From: an uncultured Bacteroidaceae bacterium
GTDB taxonomy: Bacteria; CAIWAD01
NCBI GenBank assembly: GCA_964568855.1
Contig: CAZMSD010000003.1
Span: forward strand, 25,848 to 89,847
DNA: 64,000 nucleotides
Direction of reading: 5' to 3'
This document shows, one piece after another, positions 20,232-31,500 of the stretch. The position numbers and the translations under genes were made by a program. Positions within the stretch are counted from its first letter, which is position 1. Each line of letters starts with the position of its first letter. The notes under the pieces are model-generated. The model had not been told where the DNA came from. It saw nothing but the letters and a program-made list of their open reading frames with translations, and did not search any database.

Positions 20232-21755
20232 TCAACCCAGCGAGCCCACTTCCTCCTCCACCGCCTCCAGCAGATCGCAGGAGCTCACCAGGGCCTTCAT
20301 GGCGTTGTGGTCGTCGTAGAGCGGCCGGTCCTCGTCCAGGAATTCCACGTGCTCACGGACCACCTGGCGGGCGCGCGTCACCCCAGCGCCCTTCCTGAAA
20401 TCGCGGAAATCCAGGGCCTGGGCGGCGGCCATCAGCTCGATGCCCAGCACGCCGCGGGCGTTGTCCAGGATCTGCAGGTTCTTCAGGGCCGTGTTCATGC
20501 CCATGGAGACGAAATCCTCCTGGTCCGCGGCGGCGGGGATGGACGCAACGGAAGCCGGGGCGGAAAGCATGCGCTGCTCGACGATCAGCGTGTCTGCGGT
20601 GTACTGGCTGAGCATCATGCCGGAGAACATGCCCGCGCCCTTGGTCAGGAAGGCCGGCAGACCCACGCTGAGGGCGGGATTGAGCAGCCTGTTGAGCCGC
20701 CGCTCGCTGAGCACGCTGACCATGGTGACGGCCGCCGAGACCATGTCCATGGGCAGGGAGACCGGGCTGCCCTGGAAATTGGCGCCCGTAAGCGTCAGCC
20801 GGTGCTCCGGCAGAAAGATGGGATTGTCGCCCACACCGTTGAGTTCGATCTCTACCTGCTGTTTCGCCCAGGCCAGGGCGTCGTGGGCGGCGCCGATCAC
20901 CTGCGGCGTGGAGCGCATGGAATAGGCGTCCTGCACCTTGACCTTCATCCTGCCGCTGAGCAGGTCGCTGCCCTCGATGCAGGACTTGATGGCCCGGGCG
21001 CTGCGCACGGCCCCCGCGAAACCGCGGACCTCGTGCAGGCGCACGTCGTAGGGCTTCAAATTGGCCAGCAGGGCCTCCAGGGTCATGGCGGCGGCGATCT
21101 CGGCCTGCTTGAGCCAGCGGTTGAAGTCGTGGAGTTCCAGCGCGCTGATGGCGGTCAGCAGGTTGGAACCGTTGATCGTGGCCAGGCCGTCGCGGGCGCG
21201 CAGGCCGGGAATAGGGATCCCGGCGCGTTCCAGGGCCGCGGCGCCCGGCAGGCGTTCTCCCCGGTAGAAGGCCTCGCCCTCCCCCATCATCAGCAGCGCA
21301 ATCTGGGACATGGGCGACAGGTCGCCGCAGGCTCCCACGGAGCCCTTTTGACAGACTACCGGGGTGACGCCCCGGTTGAGCATCTCCAGCAGGGTCAGGG
21401 TGATCTCGGGGCGGCAGCCGCTGTGCCCGTGGGCGTGAACGTTGATCCTCCCGGCCATGGCTCCCCGCACGTGCTCGACGGGCGCCGGCTCGCCGATGCC
21501 GGCGGAATGGTTGTAGATCAGGTAGCGCTGGAACTGCTTGACCTGCTCGTCGTTGAGCACGATCTCCGCCAGCTCGCCGATGCCGGTGTTCACGCCGTAC
21601 ATGATTTCCCGGGCCTCGATCTTCTCCTCGAGCATCGCCCGGCAGGTCTTGATGCGCTGCAGCGCGTCGGGATGCAGTTCCGCGCGTTCGTTGTCCCGCG
21701 CGATGCGGACGAGGTTTTCCACGTTGAGGTTCGCGCCGTCCAGGACGATGGCCAT
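20232..21755 (-). CDS. Histidine ammonia-lyase family enzyme (HAL/PAL, MIO-dependent) with a non-canonical Ala-Cys-Gly triad.
   Basis: 507 aa from MAIVLDGANL. It has strong HAL-family signatures (GVNTGIGE, QKGSVGACGDLSP, NPIF). The codon at 21329-21327 is TGC (Cys143) where Ser of the MIO-forming ASG triad is expected. No hutU or hutI is nearby. Confidence 0.85.
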   Translation of the reverse strand: MAIVLDGANLNVENLVRIARDNERAELHPDALQRIKTCRAMLEEKIEAREIMYGVNTGIGELAEIVLNDEQVKQFQRYLIYNHSAGIGEPAPVEHVRGAMAGRINVHAHGHSGCRPEITLTLLEMLNRGVTPVVCQKGSVGACGDLSPMSQIALLMMGEGEAFYRGERLPGAAALERAGIPIPGLRARDGLATINGSNLLTAISALELHDFNRWLKQAEIAAAMTLEALLANLKPYDVRLHEVRGFAGAVRSARAIKSCIEGSDLLSGRMKVKVQDAYSMRSTPQVIGAAHDALAWAKQQVEIELNGVGDNPIFLPEHRLTLTGANFQGSPVSLPMDMVSAAVTMVSVLSERRLNRLLNPALSVGLPAFLTKGAGMFSGMMLSQYTADTLIVEQRMLSAPASVASIPAAADQEDFVSMGMNTALKNLQILDNARGVLGIELMAAAQALDFRDFRKGAGVTRARQVVREHVEFLDEDRPLYDDHNAMKALVSSCDLLEAVEEEVGSLG

Positions 21756-21917
21756 CGGGTCCTCCGTTGGGGCCTGTTTGTCTGTTGCCGCCGGGCCCGC
21801 GTGCGGGGCTGCTCCAGCGTTTTTGGATCTGCCCAAGATACACTCGCCGGGGCTTCAGCCCAACCGGGGAGGCGCAGAAATGCCATATTTCCGTCCAGCA
21901 AGGAAGGCCCCGCCGTG

Positions 21918-23605
<1,688 letters not shown>

Positions 23606-23609
<4 letters not shown>

Positions 23610-25003
23610 ATCACGCGGACCGGGGCGAGGAGTCCTGCACCGTACTGCTGGCCGACGACGAGAAACTGCAGCGGGAGACCCTGGCCGGTTTCCTGCGCGG
23701 CGCGGGCTACCGGGTGCTGGAAGCCTCCGACGGCCGGGAGGCCCTCGAAGCGGCGCGGCGCGAGACGGTGGACCTGGTACTCACCGACCTGCGCATGCCG
23801 GAGCTCGACGGACACGGCCTGCTGCGCGAGCTGAAAGGGATGAACCCCTCCGTAGCGGTGATCGTGATGACCGCCTACGGCACGGTCGAATCGGCCGTGG
23901 AGGCCATGCAGGCGGGTGCCTTCAGCTACCTGACCAAGCCCGTGGACCTCAAGGAGCTGGCCCTGCTTCTGGACCGCGCTCAGGAGCTGAGGGAACTCGT
24001 GCGCGAGAACCGCCGGCTCCGCGAGCGCCTGGGCGAGATCGAGGAAGCCGAGCTGGTGGCGCGGACTCCCGAGATGCGCGAGGTCCTGGGAGTCGTGTCG
24101 CGGGCCGCGCCGACGAAGGCTTCGGTGCTGATCACCGGCGAGTCGGGCACGGGCAAGGAGCTGATCGCCCGCGCGCTGCACGGGGCCTCGCCCCGCCACG
24201 CGGGCCCCTTCGTGGCGGTCAACCTGGCGGCGATCCCCGAAGCGCTCGTCGAGAGCGAGCTCTTCGGGCACGAAAAGGGAGCCTTCACGGGCGCTGCGGA
24301 GCGGCGCATCGGCCGCTTCGAGCGCGCCGACGGGGGCACGCTGTTCATCGACGAGGTGGGCGACATGCCCGCGTCGGCGCAGGTCAAGCTGCTGCGGGTG
24401 CTGCAGGAGCACCGCATCGAGCGCGTGGGCGGCGGCCGGCCGATTCCCGTGGACATCCGCGTGGCGGCGGCCACTCACCAGCCCCTGGAGGAGCTCGTCC
24501 GCGGGGGCCGCTTCCGCGAGGACCTGTATTACCGCCTGAACGTGATCAGGCTGAAGCTACCGCCACTGAGGGCGCGCCGGGAGGACATCCCCGAGCTGCT
24601 GGAACACTTCCTGGGCAAGTGTCGCGACGCGATCGGCAAGGAAGTGCGGGGCTTCGACCGCCGCGCCCTGGACCTGCTGATGAAGTATCGCTGGCCGGGC
24701 AACATCCGCGAGCTGGCCAACGCGGTTGAAAGCGCCGTGGTACTGGCCAGGCGGACTCTGATCAGCGCCGGGGACCTGCCCGAAGAGATCCGGCATGCAG
24801 GCGGCGCAGCCGGGCCGACGGACGATACCGGCGACCGGGACGAAGCCGCGACGCCCCTGCGCGAGCGCCTGGAGAGCTTCGAGAAAGCGGCGGTGCTGAA
24901 AGCGCTGGAGGATTGCGGGGGCAACCGCAGCAAGGCCGCGCGCAGACTGGGCCTGAGCGAAAAGAACATCCGCGATCGCCTGAAGCGCTGGCAACTGGGA
25001 TAG
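23606..25003 (+). CDS. Sigma-54-dependent response regulator (NtrC/ZraR family bacterial enhancer-binding protein).
   Basis: It has a receiver domain (LLADDE...LVLTDLRMPELDG). The AAA+ sigma-54 activator domain carries Walker A GESGTGKE and ESELFGHEKGAFTGA (a GAFTGA motif). The C-terminal Fis-type HTH is GNRSKAARRLGLSEKNIRDRLKR. Confidence 0.9.
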
Positions 25004-25048
25004 AAATCGCCGTCCCGCCGGTGGGATCTTCGCGGACCGCATCGAATG

Positions 25049-25064
25049 TGGCACAAGGTTTGCA
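25049..25064 (+). promoter_or_regulatory. Sigma-54 (-24/-12) promoter TGGCAC-aaggt-TTGCA.
   Basis: It is a perfect match to the TGGCAC-N5-TTGCW consensus. It ends 32 nt upstream of the ATG at 25096 and lies immediately downstream of the enhancer-binding protein gene. Confidence 0.7.
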
Positions 25065-25095
25065 CTTACCGACGCTGGTTAATGCGAGCGCGTAA

Positions 25096-25521
25096 ATGAT
25101 GTATACCAGGCGACTGACAACGGGCCTGCTGCTGGCCTTGACATTTTCCCTGTCCGGCATGGACCGGCCTGGGCAGGAAGGCGTCGCAGTCGACAGCTGC
25201 TTCGTCGACCTGGACGGGAACTGCTACTGTGATACGGCGGCGGACGCCGACGGCAACGGCATCCCCGATGCCCTGGAATTCGACAGGAAGGCCGGCGCGA
25301 AGCGGATCCGCTGGGCCCATTTTCGTTCGGTTCCGGACAGCCTTGGCGGCGACAGCCTGGCCTTCCGCCGCTGGTGGGAAGCCGGTTCACGACCCTTCGG
25401 CGCCGCGGAGGCCTGGCGCAGCTGGGGGGAATGGACCGGCGCAGGGGAGAGCTCGGAATCCTGTTCCTGCACCTGTGGCTGCCCGCGCTGCCGCTGTCGC
25501 CACTGCCGGCGCCAGCCCTGA
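25096..25521 (+). CDS. Small secreted Cys-rich protein, a candidate periplasmic metal-binding protein under sigma-54 control.
   Basis: 141 aa. It has a signal peptide MMYTRRLTTGLLLALTFSLSG. An Asp-rich Ca-binding-like motif DLDGNCYCDTAADADGNGIPD follows. The C-terminal cluster is CSCTCGCPRCRCRHC. GC3 is high in frame. A perfect sigma-54 promoter lies upstream. It is unrelated in sequence to ZraP. Confidence 0.5.
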   Translation: MMYTRRLTTGLLLALTFSLSGMDRPGQEGVAVDSCFVDLDGNCYCDTAADADGNGIPDALEFDRKAGAKRIRWAHFRSVPDSLGGDSLAFRRWWEAGSRPFGAAEAWRSWGEWTGAGESSESCSCTCGCPRCRCRHCRRQP

Positions 25522-25597
25522 TCGCCCCTTGCTCACCCCCTCCCCCGCCGCGATCCTCGGAGGCGGCGATCCCAATCCACCTCGATTATCGATGAGC

Positions 25598-25639
25598 TTC
25601 GACCCGCAAGTCGAAGGTTTCGACCTTTTCGTCGAATCC
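25598..25639. promoter_or_regulatory. Array of alternating half-sites TTCGAC/GTCGAA; candidate upstream activator sequence for the NtrC-type regulator.
   Basis: The array reads TTCGAC-n5-GTCGAA-n3-TTCGAC-n6-GTCGAA (25599-25636). It lies 85-120 nt upstream of the sigma-54 promoter at 25720, the usual enhancer-binding distance. Confidence 0.4.
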
Positions 25640-25719
25640 GCCGGCCGGCGGCACGCACGTCGGGCTCATTCCATCGCTAATTGCCTGTAACACAGAGCCC
25701 CAGGCCGTAAAATCCGGAT

Positions 25720-25735
25720 TGGCATCCTCTTTGCC
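25720..25735 (+). promoter_or_regulatory. Sigma-54 promoter TGGCAT-cctct-TTGCC upstream of the efflux operon.
   Basis: The spacing is GG-N10-GC. It lies ~50 nt upstream of the outer-membrane-factor start at 25786. Confidence 0.55.
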
Positions 25736-25785
25736 TTGTGCAGGCCGACCGCAAGGATCGGCAACCGGCAAAGAAAGAGCCCGCG

Positions 25786-27114
25786 ATGTACCGTGTCCCC
25801 GCCATCCAGTTCCTCCTGCAGATGACCGTCGCCGCGCTCGGCTGCCTGTGGCTGCTGCCGGCATGCTCCCGGGCGGCTACCCTGGACAGCTACATCGAGG
25901 AAGCTCTGCGAAATCACCCGGGACTGGCCGCCGCAGAGGCGGATCGCCTGGCGGCCGGGGAACAGGTCCTGAAAGCGGGGGTCCTGCCCGATCCCAGGCT
26001 CAGTTACGCGGGGTATCTCAGCCCCGTGGAGACTCGGGTGGGCCCGCAGCGCCAGGCACTGGCGTTGTCGCAGGCCCTTCCCTGGCCTGGGATCCTGGAC
26101 CTGCGCACCGAGTCCGCGAGGGCGGGCGTCGATCTGGCGGGGCAGAACCTGAGAGCGCTCCGGCTGAACCTCGTACACCGTGTGACACGGGCCTACGCCG
26201 ACTACTGGCTGCTGGGCCGCACGATCCGTAACACGGAAGAGCGGTTGGAGCTGCTGGCGGAGCACGCCGGCGCGGCCGAGACCGGCTACCGCAACGGCAC
26301 CCACGGCTACTCCGACCTGCTCGAGGTCCAGATGCGACAGGCGCGCGCGGATGAGGAGCTGGCGAGGTTGAACCTGAGTCGCCCCGCCCTGCAGGCGCGT
26401 CTCAACAGCCTGCTCGGGCGCGTCCGGTCTGCGGAGCACGCCTGGCCAGAGGAGCTCCCGGCCTGCGACACCCTGCCCGCGGAAAAGGTTCTGGTCGAGA
26501 GACTGCGGACCGCCAATCCCGAGTTGACGGCCCTGGCGGCGGAACTGCAACAGAACCGGGCACGTCTCGGCCTGTCGCGCCGGGAGGGCCTTCCGGCGCT
26601 GAGCCTCGGCCTGAAATGGATCCAGACGGACGAAGCCGCCATGCCAGGGGTGGAGGACAGCGGTAAGGATCCCCTGCTGCTCAACCTGGCGCTCAAGATC
26701 CCTGTCTGGCGGAAAGCCGTAAAGGCCGACGTAAGACGATCCGAGCTGCTGCTGGCAAAAAGCCGCCACCGCGCGGAGGACCGGGAGCTTGAGCTGGCGG
26801 CCGAGTTGGAACGGCTGCTCTACGCGCACCGGGAGGCCGGGCTGACGGTTGAACTGCACGAGCGCGAGCTGATCCCGCGGAGCGAGGCCGTACTGGAGGC
26901 CAGGCGCCTGGATCACGCCACGGGACGCGTGGATTTCGAGGTTCTGCTGCGCGCCGTCGAGCAACTGCTCGACCAACGCCTGGAGCTGGACCGGGCCAGG
27001 GCCAGGCTGCTGGACAGCCGCGCGGCGCTCGACGCGCTGACCGGCGCCGGCCGCCTTGAATCGACCGGGGCCGCCGGAAGCTCGAGCATGGGCTCCGGCG
27101 GCCAAGAGGAGTGA
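25786..27114 (+). CDS. Outer-membrane efflux factor (TolC/CzcC family).
   Basis: The product starts MYRVPAIQFLLQMTVAALGCLWLLPA, a signal peptide. It has the two outer-membrane-factor repeat halves with coiled-coil regions. The ORF track start at 25738 adds 16 aa. Confidence 0.8.
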   Translation: MYRVPAIQFLLQMTVAALGCLWLLPACSRAATLDSYIEEALRNHPGLAAAEADRLAAGEQVLKAGVLPDPRLSYAGYLSPVETRVGPQRQALALSQALPWPGILDLRTESARAGVDLAGQNLRALRLNLVHRVTRAYADYWLLGRTIRNTEERLELLAEHAGAAETGYRNGTHGYSDLLEVQMRQARADEELARLNLSRPALQARLNSLLGRVRSAEHAWPEELPACDTLPAEKVLVERLRTANPELTALAAELQQNRARLGLSRREGLPALSLGLKWIQTDEAAMPGVEDSGKDPLLLNLALKIPVWRKAVKADVRRSELLLAKSRHRAEDRELELAAELERLLYAHREAGLTVELHERELIPRSEAVLEARRLDHATGRVDFEVLLRAVEQLLDQRLELDRARARLLDSRAALDALTGAGRLESTGAAGSSSMGSGGQEE

Positions 27115-28538
27115 ACATGATAGAGCGAAGAGCGAACGTCTGGATCCTGATCCTCGGTCTGCTGCTGCTGGCCTTCGCCGCGGGGCGCCTGTCCACCCGA
27201 TTCGATGCGCCCGCGACGGGCGTCGACGGCGTGAATCAGGTATCACAGGACCAGACGGAATGGACCTGCTCGATGCATCCGCAGATCCGGCTGGCCGAAG
27301 CCGGCGACTGCCCCATCTGCGGGATGGAACTGGTACCCGTCGAGAGCGGTGAAGTCGGCGGACACGCTGAGGAAGCTGAGCGGGACGGCGGGGCCGCAGC
27401 AGGCTACGCCTGCGCCATGAACTGCGTGCCGCCCCTGCCCGAACCCGGCGACTGCCCGATCTGCGGCATGGAGATGGTGCCCGTGGGCGGTCCCGGTCCG
27501 GGTGTCACACAAAGCGGGGAGGAATCTCCCTTCTTCGAGCTCGACCGGCGGGCCCGCGACCTGGCCCGCCTCGAGACCAGCCCGGTCCGACGCCGCTACC
27601 TGGAGGCGGAGATCCCGCTCTACGGACGGTTCACGGTCGACGATAACCGGCTGGCGGACATCACTTCCTGGACGGCCGGAAGAATCACCAGGCTCCACGT
27701 GAAGACCGAAGGGCTGCGGGTCCGCCGCGGCGCACCGCTCTACGACATCTACAGTCCGCAGCTGATCGCCGCCCAGGAGGAGCTGCTGCTGGGATACGGC
27801 GGCGAGAGCGCCCGCGAGAAACTGCGCCTGCTGGGGCTTGACGCCGAGTCGATCTCCGGGATTGAGGAGGAAGGCTCGCCGCGCGAGGTGCTGACCATCC
27901 GCGCCCCCGCGGCAGGGACCGTGCTCGAGCTGCCGGTGCGCGAGGGCGACTACGTGCGCGAGGGCAGCCTGCTCTTCCGCATCGCCGACCTCTCCCGGCT
28001 CTGGCTGTGGTTAGAGGTCTACGAGGCCGACCTGTCTCTGGTTCACGAGGGTCTGACCCTGGAATACGAGGTGGAGGCCCATCCGGGCCGGAGCTTCAAG
28101 GCGACGATCGACTACCTGGATCCGGCCTTGGATCCCGGTACGCGCAGCCTGGGCGTCCGCGCCGCGGTTGACAACTCCGCCGGCCTCCTGAAGCCCGAGA
28201 TGTTCGCCGGCGGCACCCTCAGGTCGGTGTTGCGCCGGGAGGGCGGTTTTCCCCTCAGCGTTCCCGCCTCGGCGCCTCTGTTCACGGGCCGCCGCGCCCT
28301 GGTTTATGTTGAGGCTGAAGTGGGCCGCTACGAGGCTCGCGAAGTGCGACTGGGCCGCCGCGCCGGCGACTACTACGAGGTGCTCGAGGGCCTGGCGGAA
28401 GGCGAAGCCGTCGTGATACGGGGCGCCTTCAAGATCGACAGCTCGCTGCAGATCCAGGGCCGTACCAGCATGATGCAGCCCGAACCGGATGAATCGTCCG
28501 TGACACACGGAATCGGGGCGGGACATCATGGCCACTGA
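27111..28538 (+). CDS. Membrane fusion protein (CusB-like) with two N-terminal DCPICGM metal-binding modules.
   Basis: The GTG start overlaps the outer-membrane-factor stop. A TM segment is followed by CSMHPQIRLAEAGDCPICGMELVPV and CAMNCVPPLPEPGDCPICGMEMVPV, matching the heavy-metal-binding domain found in CusB/CopB-type fusion proteins. The remainder is the fusion-protein barrel-sandwich/beta-barrel region. Confidence 0.85.
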   Translation: MNMIERRANVWILILGLLLLAFAAGRLSTRFDAPATGVDGVNQVSQDQTEWTCSMHPQIRLAEAGDCPICGMELVPVESGEVGGHAEEAERDGGAAAGYACAMNCVPPLPEPGDCPICGMEMVPVGGPGPGVTQSGEESPFFELDRRARDLARLETSPVRRRYLEAEIPLYGRFTVDDNRLADITSWTAGRITRLHVKTEGLRVRRGAPLYDIYSPQLIAAQEELLLGYGGESAREKLRLLGLDAESISGIEEEGSPREVLTIRAPAAGTVLELPVREGDYVREGSLLFRIADLSRLWLWLEVYEADLSLVHEGLTLEYEVEAHPGRSFKATIDYLDPALDPGTRSLGVRAAVDNSAGLLKPEMFAGGTLRSVLRREGGFPLSVPASAPLFTGRRALVYVEAEVGRYEAREVRLGRRAGDYYEVLEGLAEGEAVVIRGAFKIDSSLQIQGRTSMMQPEPDESSVTHGIGAGHHGH

Positions 28539-31500
28539 GCGCGGAAGTATCACCGAAATCCCTGCGGAGCCGCGGCGGACCGAGGATCTGCTCACGCGGC
28601 TGATCCGCTTCACCCTGGATTTCCGCTTCATCGTCGTCCTGGGCCTGCTGGTGCTCTTGGGCTGGGGTCTGCGCACTGCGCCCTTCGACTGGGAGCTGGG
28701 CGGACTGCCGCGCGACCCGGTGGCAGTGGACGCCATTCCGGACATCGGCGAGAACCAGCAGATCGTCTTCACCCGCTGGCCCGGACGCTCTCCCCAGGAC
28801 GTGGAGGATCAGCTCACCTATCCCCTCAGCGCCAACCTGCTGGGCCTGCCCGGCGTCAAGACCGTCCGGGCCTATTCCATGTTCGGCTTCTCCACGATCT
28901 ACGTGATCTTCGAGGAGCAGGTGGAGTTCTACTGGTCGCGCTCCCGGCTGCTGGAGAAACTGGCCAGCCTCCCCCCCGGCCTCCTGCCCGAGGACGCCAC
29001 TCCCGTGCTGGGTCCGGACGCCACGGCCCTGGGCCAGGTCTTCTGGTACACCCTTCAGGGCGCCGACGCCGAAGGCAATCCCACCGGTGGCTGGGACCTC
29101 GCCGAGCTGCGCAGCATCCAGGACTGGAACGTCCGCCTGGCCCTGATGTCGGTCGAGGGCGTCAGCGAGGTGGCCTCGGTGGGCGGCTTCGTCCAGGAAA
29201 TCCAGGTGGACGTGGATCCCGACGCCATGCGGGCGCGCTCGGTGAGCCTGGCGGACGTGATGCACGCCCTGAAAATGGCCGGAGCGGAAACCGGGGCTGG
29301 CAGCATCGAGATCAACCGGGTGGAATACGTGGTCCGCGGCGTGGGTTTCGTCAGGGAACTCGGGGACGTGGAAGAGGCCGTGATCCGCAGTGAGGGAGGC
29401 ACCCCCGTGCGGATCCGCGACGTGGCCCGGGTGGTTCTCGGTCCGGCGCCCCGCCGCGGCGCGCTGGACGTGGGCGGCGCGGAGGCCGTGGGCGGCGTGG
29501 TGGTGGTGCGCTACGGGGAGAATCCCCTGGCCGCCATCCAGGCCGTCAAGCGGAAAATCGCCGAGATCTCGCCCGGCCTGCCCCGCAAAACGCTGCCCGA
29601 CGGCGTGGAGAGCCAGGTCCGCATCGTGCCCTTCTACGACCGCACGCAACTGATCCATGAAACGCTGTCGACGCTCAACGACGCGCTGGTGGGCGAGATC
29701 CTGGTGACCCTGATCGTGGTGCTGCTGATGGTGCGCCACCTGCGCAGCTCGCTCCTGATCGCCGGCCTGCTGCCGGCCGCCGTGCTGATCTGCTTCATCG
29801 CCATGAAACTGGGCGGCGTGGAAGCGAACATCGTGGCTCTCTCCGGCATCGCCATCGCCATCGGCACCATGGTGGACATGGGCATCGTGGTCAGCGAGAA
29901 CATCCTGAGACACCTGGCGGAAGACGCGGGCGGAGGAAAACCTCGCGGGCGCGTCCTCAAAGCCACGCGCGAGGTGGCCGGCGCAGTGCTCACGGCCCTG
30001 GCCACCACGGTGGTCAGCTTCCTGCCGGTCTTCACATTGGAGGCCGCCGAGGGGAAGCTCTTCCGTCCCCTGGCCTATACCAAGACCTTCGCCCTAGTGG
30101 CGGCCCTGCTGCTGGCCCTGGCCGTGATCCCGCCCCTGGCCGAATTCCTGTTCACCCGCCGTCTCCGTCGCGGCGGAGTCCTCGGCCTGGGACTGTTGCT
30201 GGCCACGGCGGGAACCTGGCTGCTGTTCGGCGCCTACCCCGCCGCGGGCCTGCTGGTGCTGCTGGCCGGCCTGGTTAAACTGGCGGAACCCTGGCTGCCC
30301 GGCGCCCTGGAGCCCTGGCGCAGGAAACTGGACCTGGCCCTGGTGGTGCTCCTGGCCGCATACTGGCTCGCCGAGCACTGGCTGCCGCTGGGGGGCGACC
30401 GGCCCTTCGCGCTTAACCTGGCCCTGGTGGCCTTGCTGATCTTCGGGCTGCTGGCCTTCTACCGGCTGGTCCTGCGCTCCTACGACGGGTTGCTCGACTG
30501 GTGCCTGTCGCACAAGACGGTGTTCCTCGCGCTGCCCCTGTCCATGCTCGTGCTGGGTGGCCTGATCTGGAGCCGCACGGGGGACGAATTCATGCCCCCG
30601 CTGGACGAGGGTTCCTACCTCTTCATGCCCAGCACCATGCCCCACGCCTCCATGAGTGAAGTGCAGGAAGTGCTGCAGTACCAGGACGCGAGCATCCTGA
30701 ACATCCCGGAAGTATCACAGGTCGTGGGCAAGCTGGGCCGGGCGGAGACGCCGCTGGACCCCGCGCCGCTGTCCATGATCGAGACCGTGATCAACTACCT
30801 GCCGGAGTACCTGCAGGGCGCCGAGGGCGGTCCGCGGCGCTTCCGCTTCGATCCCGACAGCGTGGACCTGGTGCGCGACGCGGAAGGCCGCCCCCTGTCG
30901 GCGCCGGACGGTGAGCCCTATCGAAGCCGCGGCGCCTACCCCCGCGACTCGGAGGGGCGCCTGATCCCCGACGCGGGCGGGCGCTACTTCCGCAACTGGC
31001 GCGCGGCGCTGGATCCCGGGCTGAATCGCGGGCGCGCCGCCTGGGAGGGCATTCAGCGGCCGGACGACATCTGGTCGGAAATCGTTCGCGCGGGCGAGAT
31101 CCCCGGAACCACTTCGGCGCCGAAACTGCAGCCCATCTCCACGCGCCTGGTGATGCTGCAGAGCGGCATGCGCGCCCCCATGGGGATCAAGATCAAGGGC
31201 CCCGACCTGAAGAGCATCGAGAGCGCCGCGCTGAAGATCGAAGAGCTGCTGCGGGAGATTCCCAGCGTCAACAGGCTGGCGGTGGTGGCCGACCGCGTGG
31301 TGGGCAAGCCCTACCTGGAACTGCACGTGGACCGCGAGCGGATCGCCCGCTACGGCATCAGCATGGGCGCGGTGCAGGAAGTGATCGCCGCCGCGGTGGG
31401 CGGGCGCACCCTGGCCCACAGCGTGGAAGGCCGGGAGCGCTACGCCGTGCGGGTACGCTACCAGCGCGAGGAGCGCGACAACCTCGAGGCCCTGCGCCGG

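Noticed and set aside
20169-21917. N-terminal ~580 aa of the 1146-aa plus-strand ORF fused to the sensor kinase.
   Set aside because: This part is antisense to the well-supported histidine ammonia-lyase gene. Only the segment from 21918 (MQRVLPWYF...) shows kinase features.
25229-25864. ORFs 25229-25690 (plus strand) and 25586-25864 (minus strand) spanning the regulatory region.
   Set aside because: They cross the promoter and palindrome region, have no start or RBS context, and are Pro/Arg/Ala-rich. I interpret the region as non-coding regulatory DNA apart from the 25096-25521 ORF.
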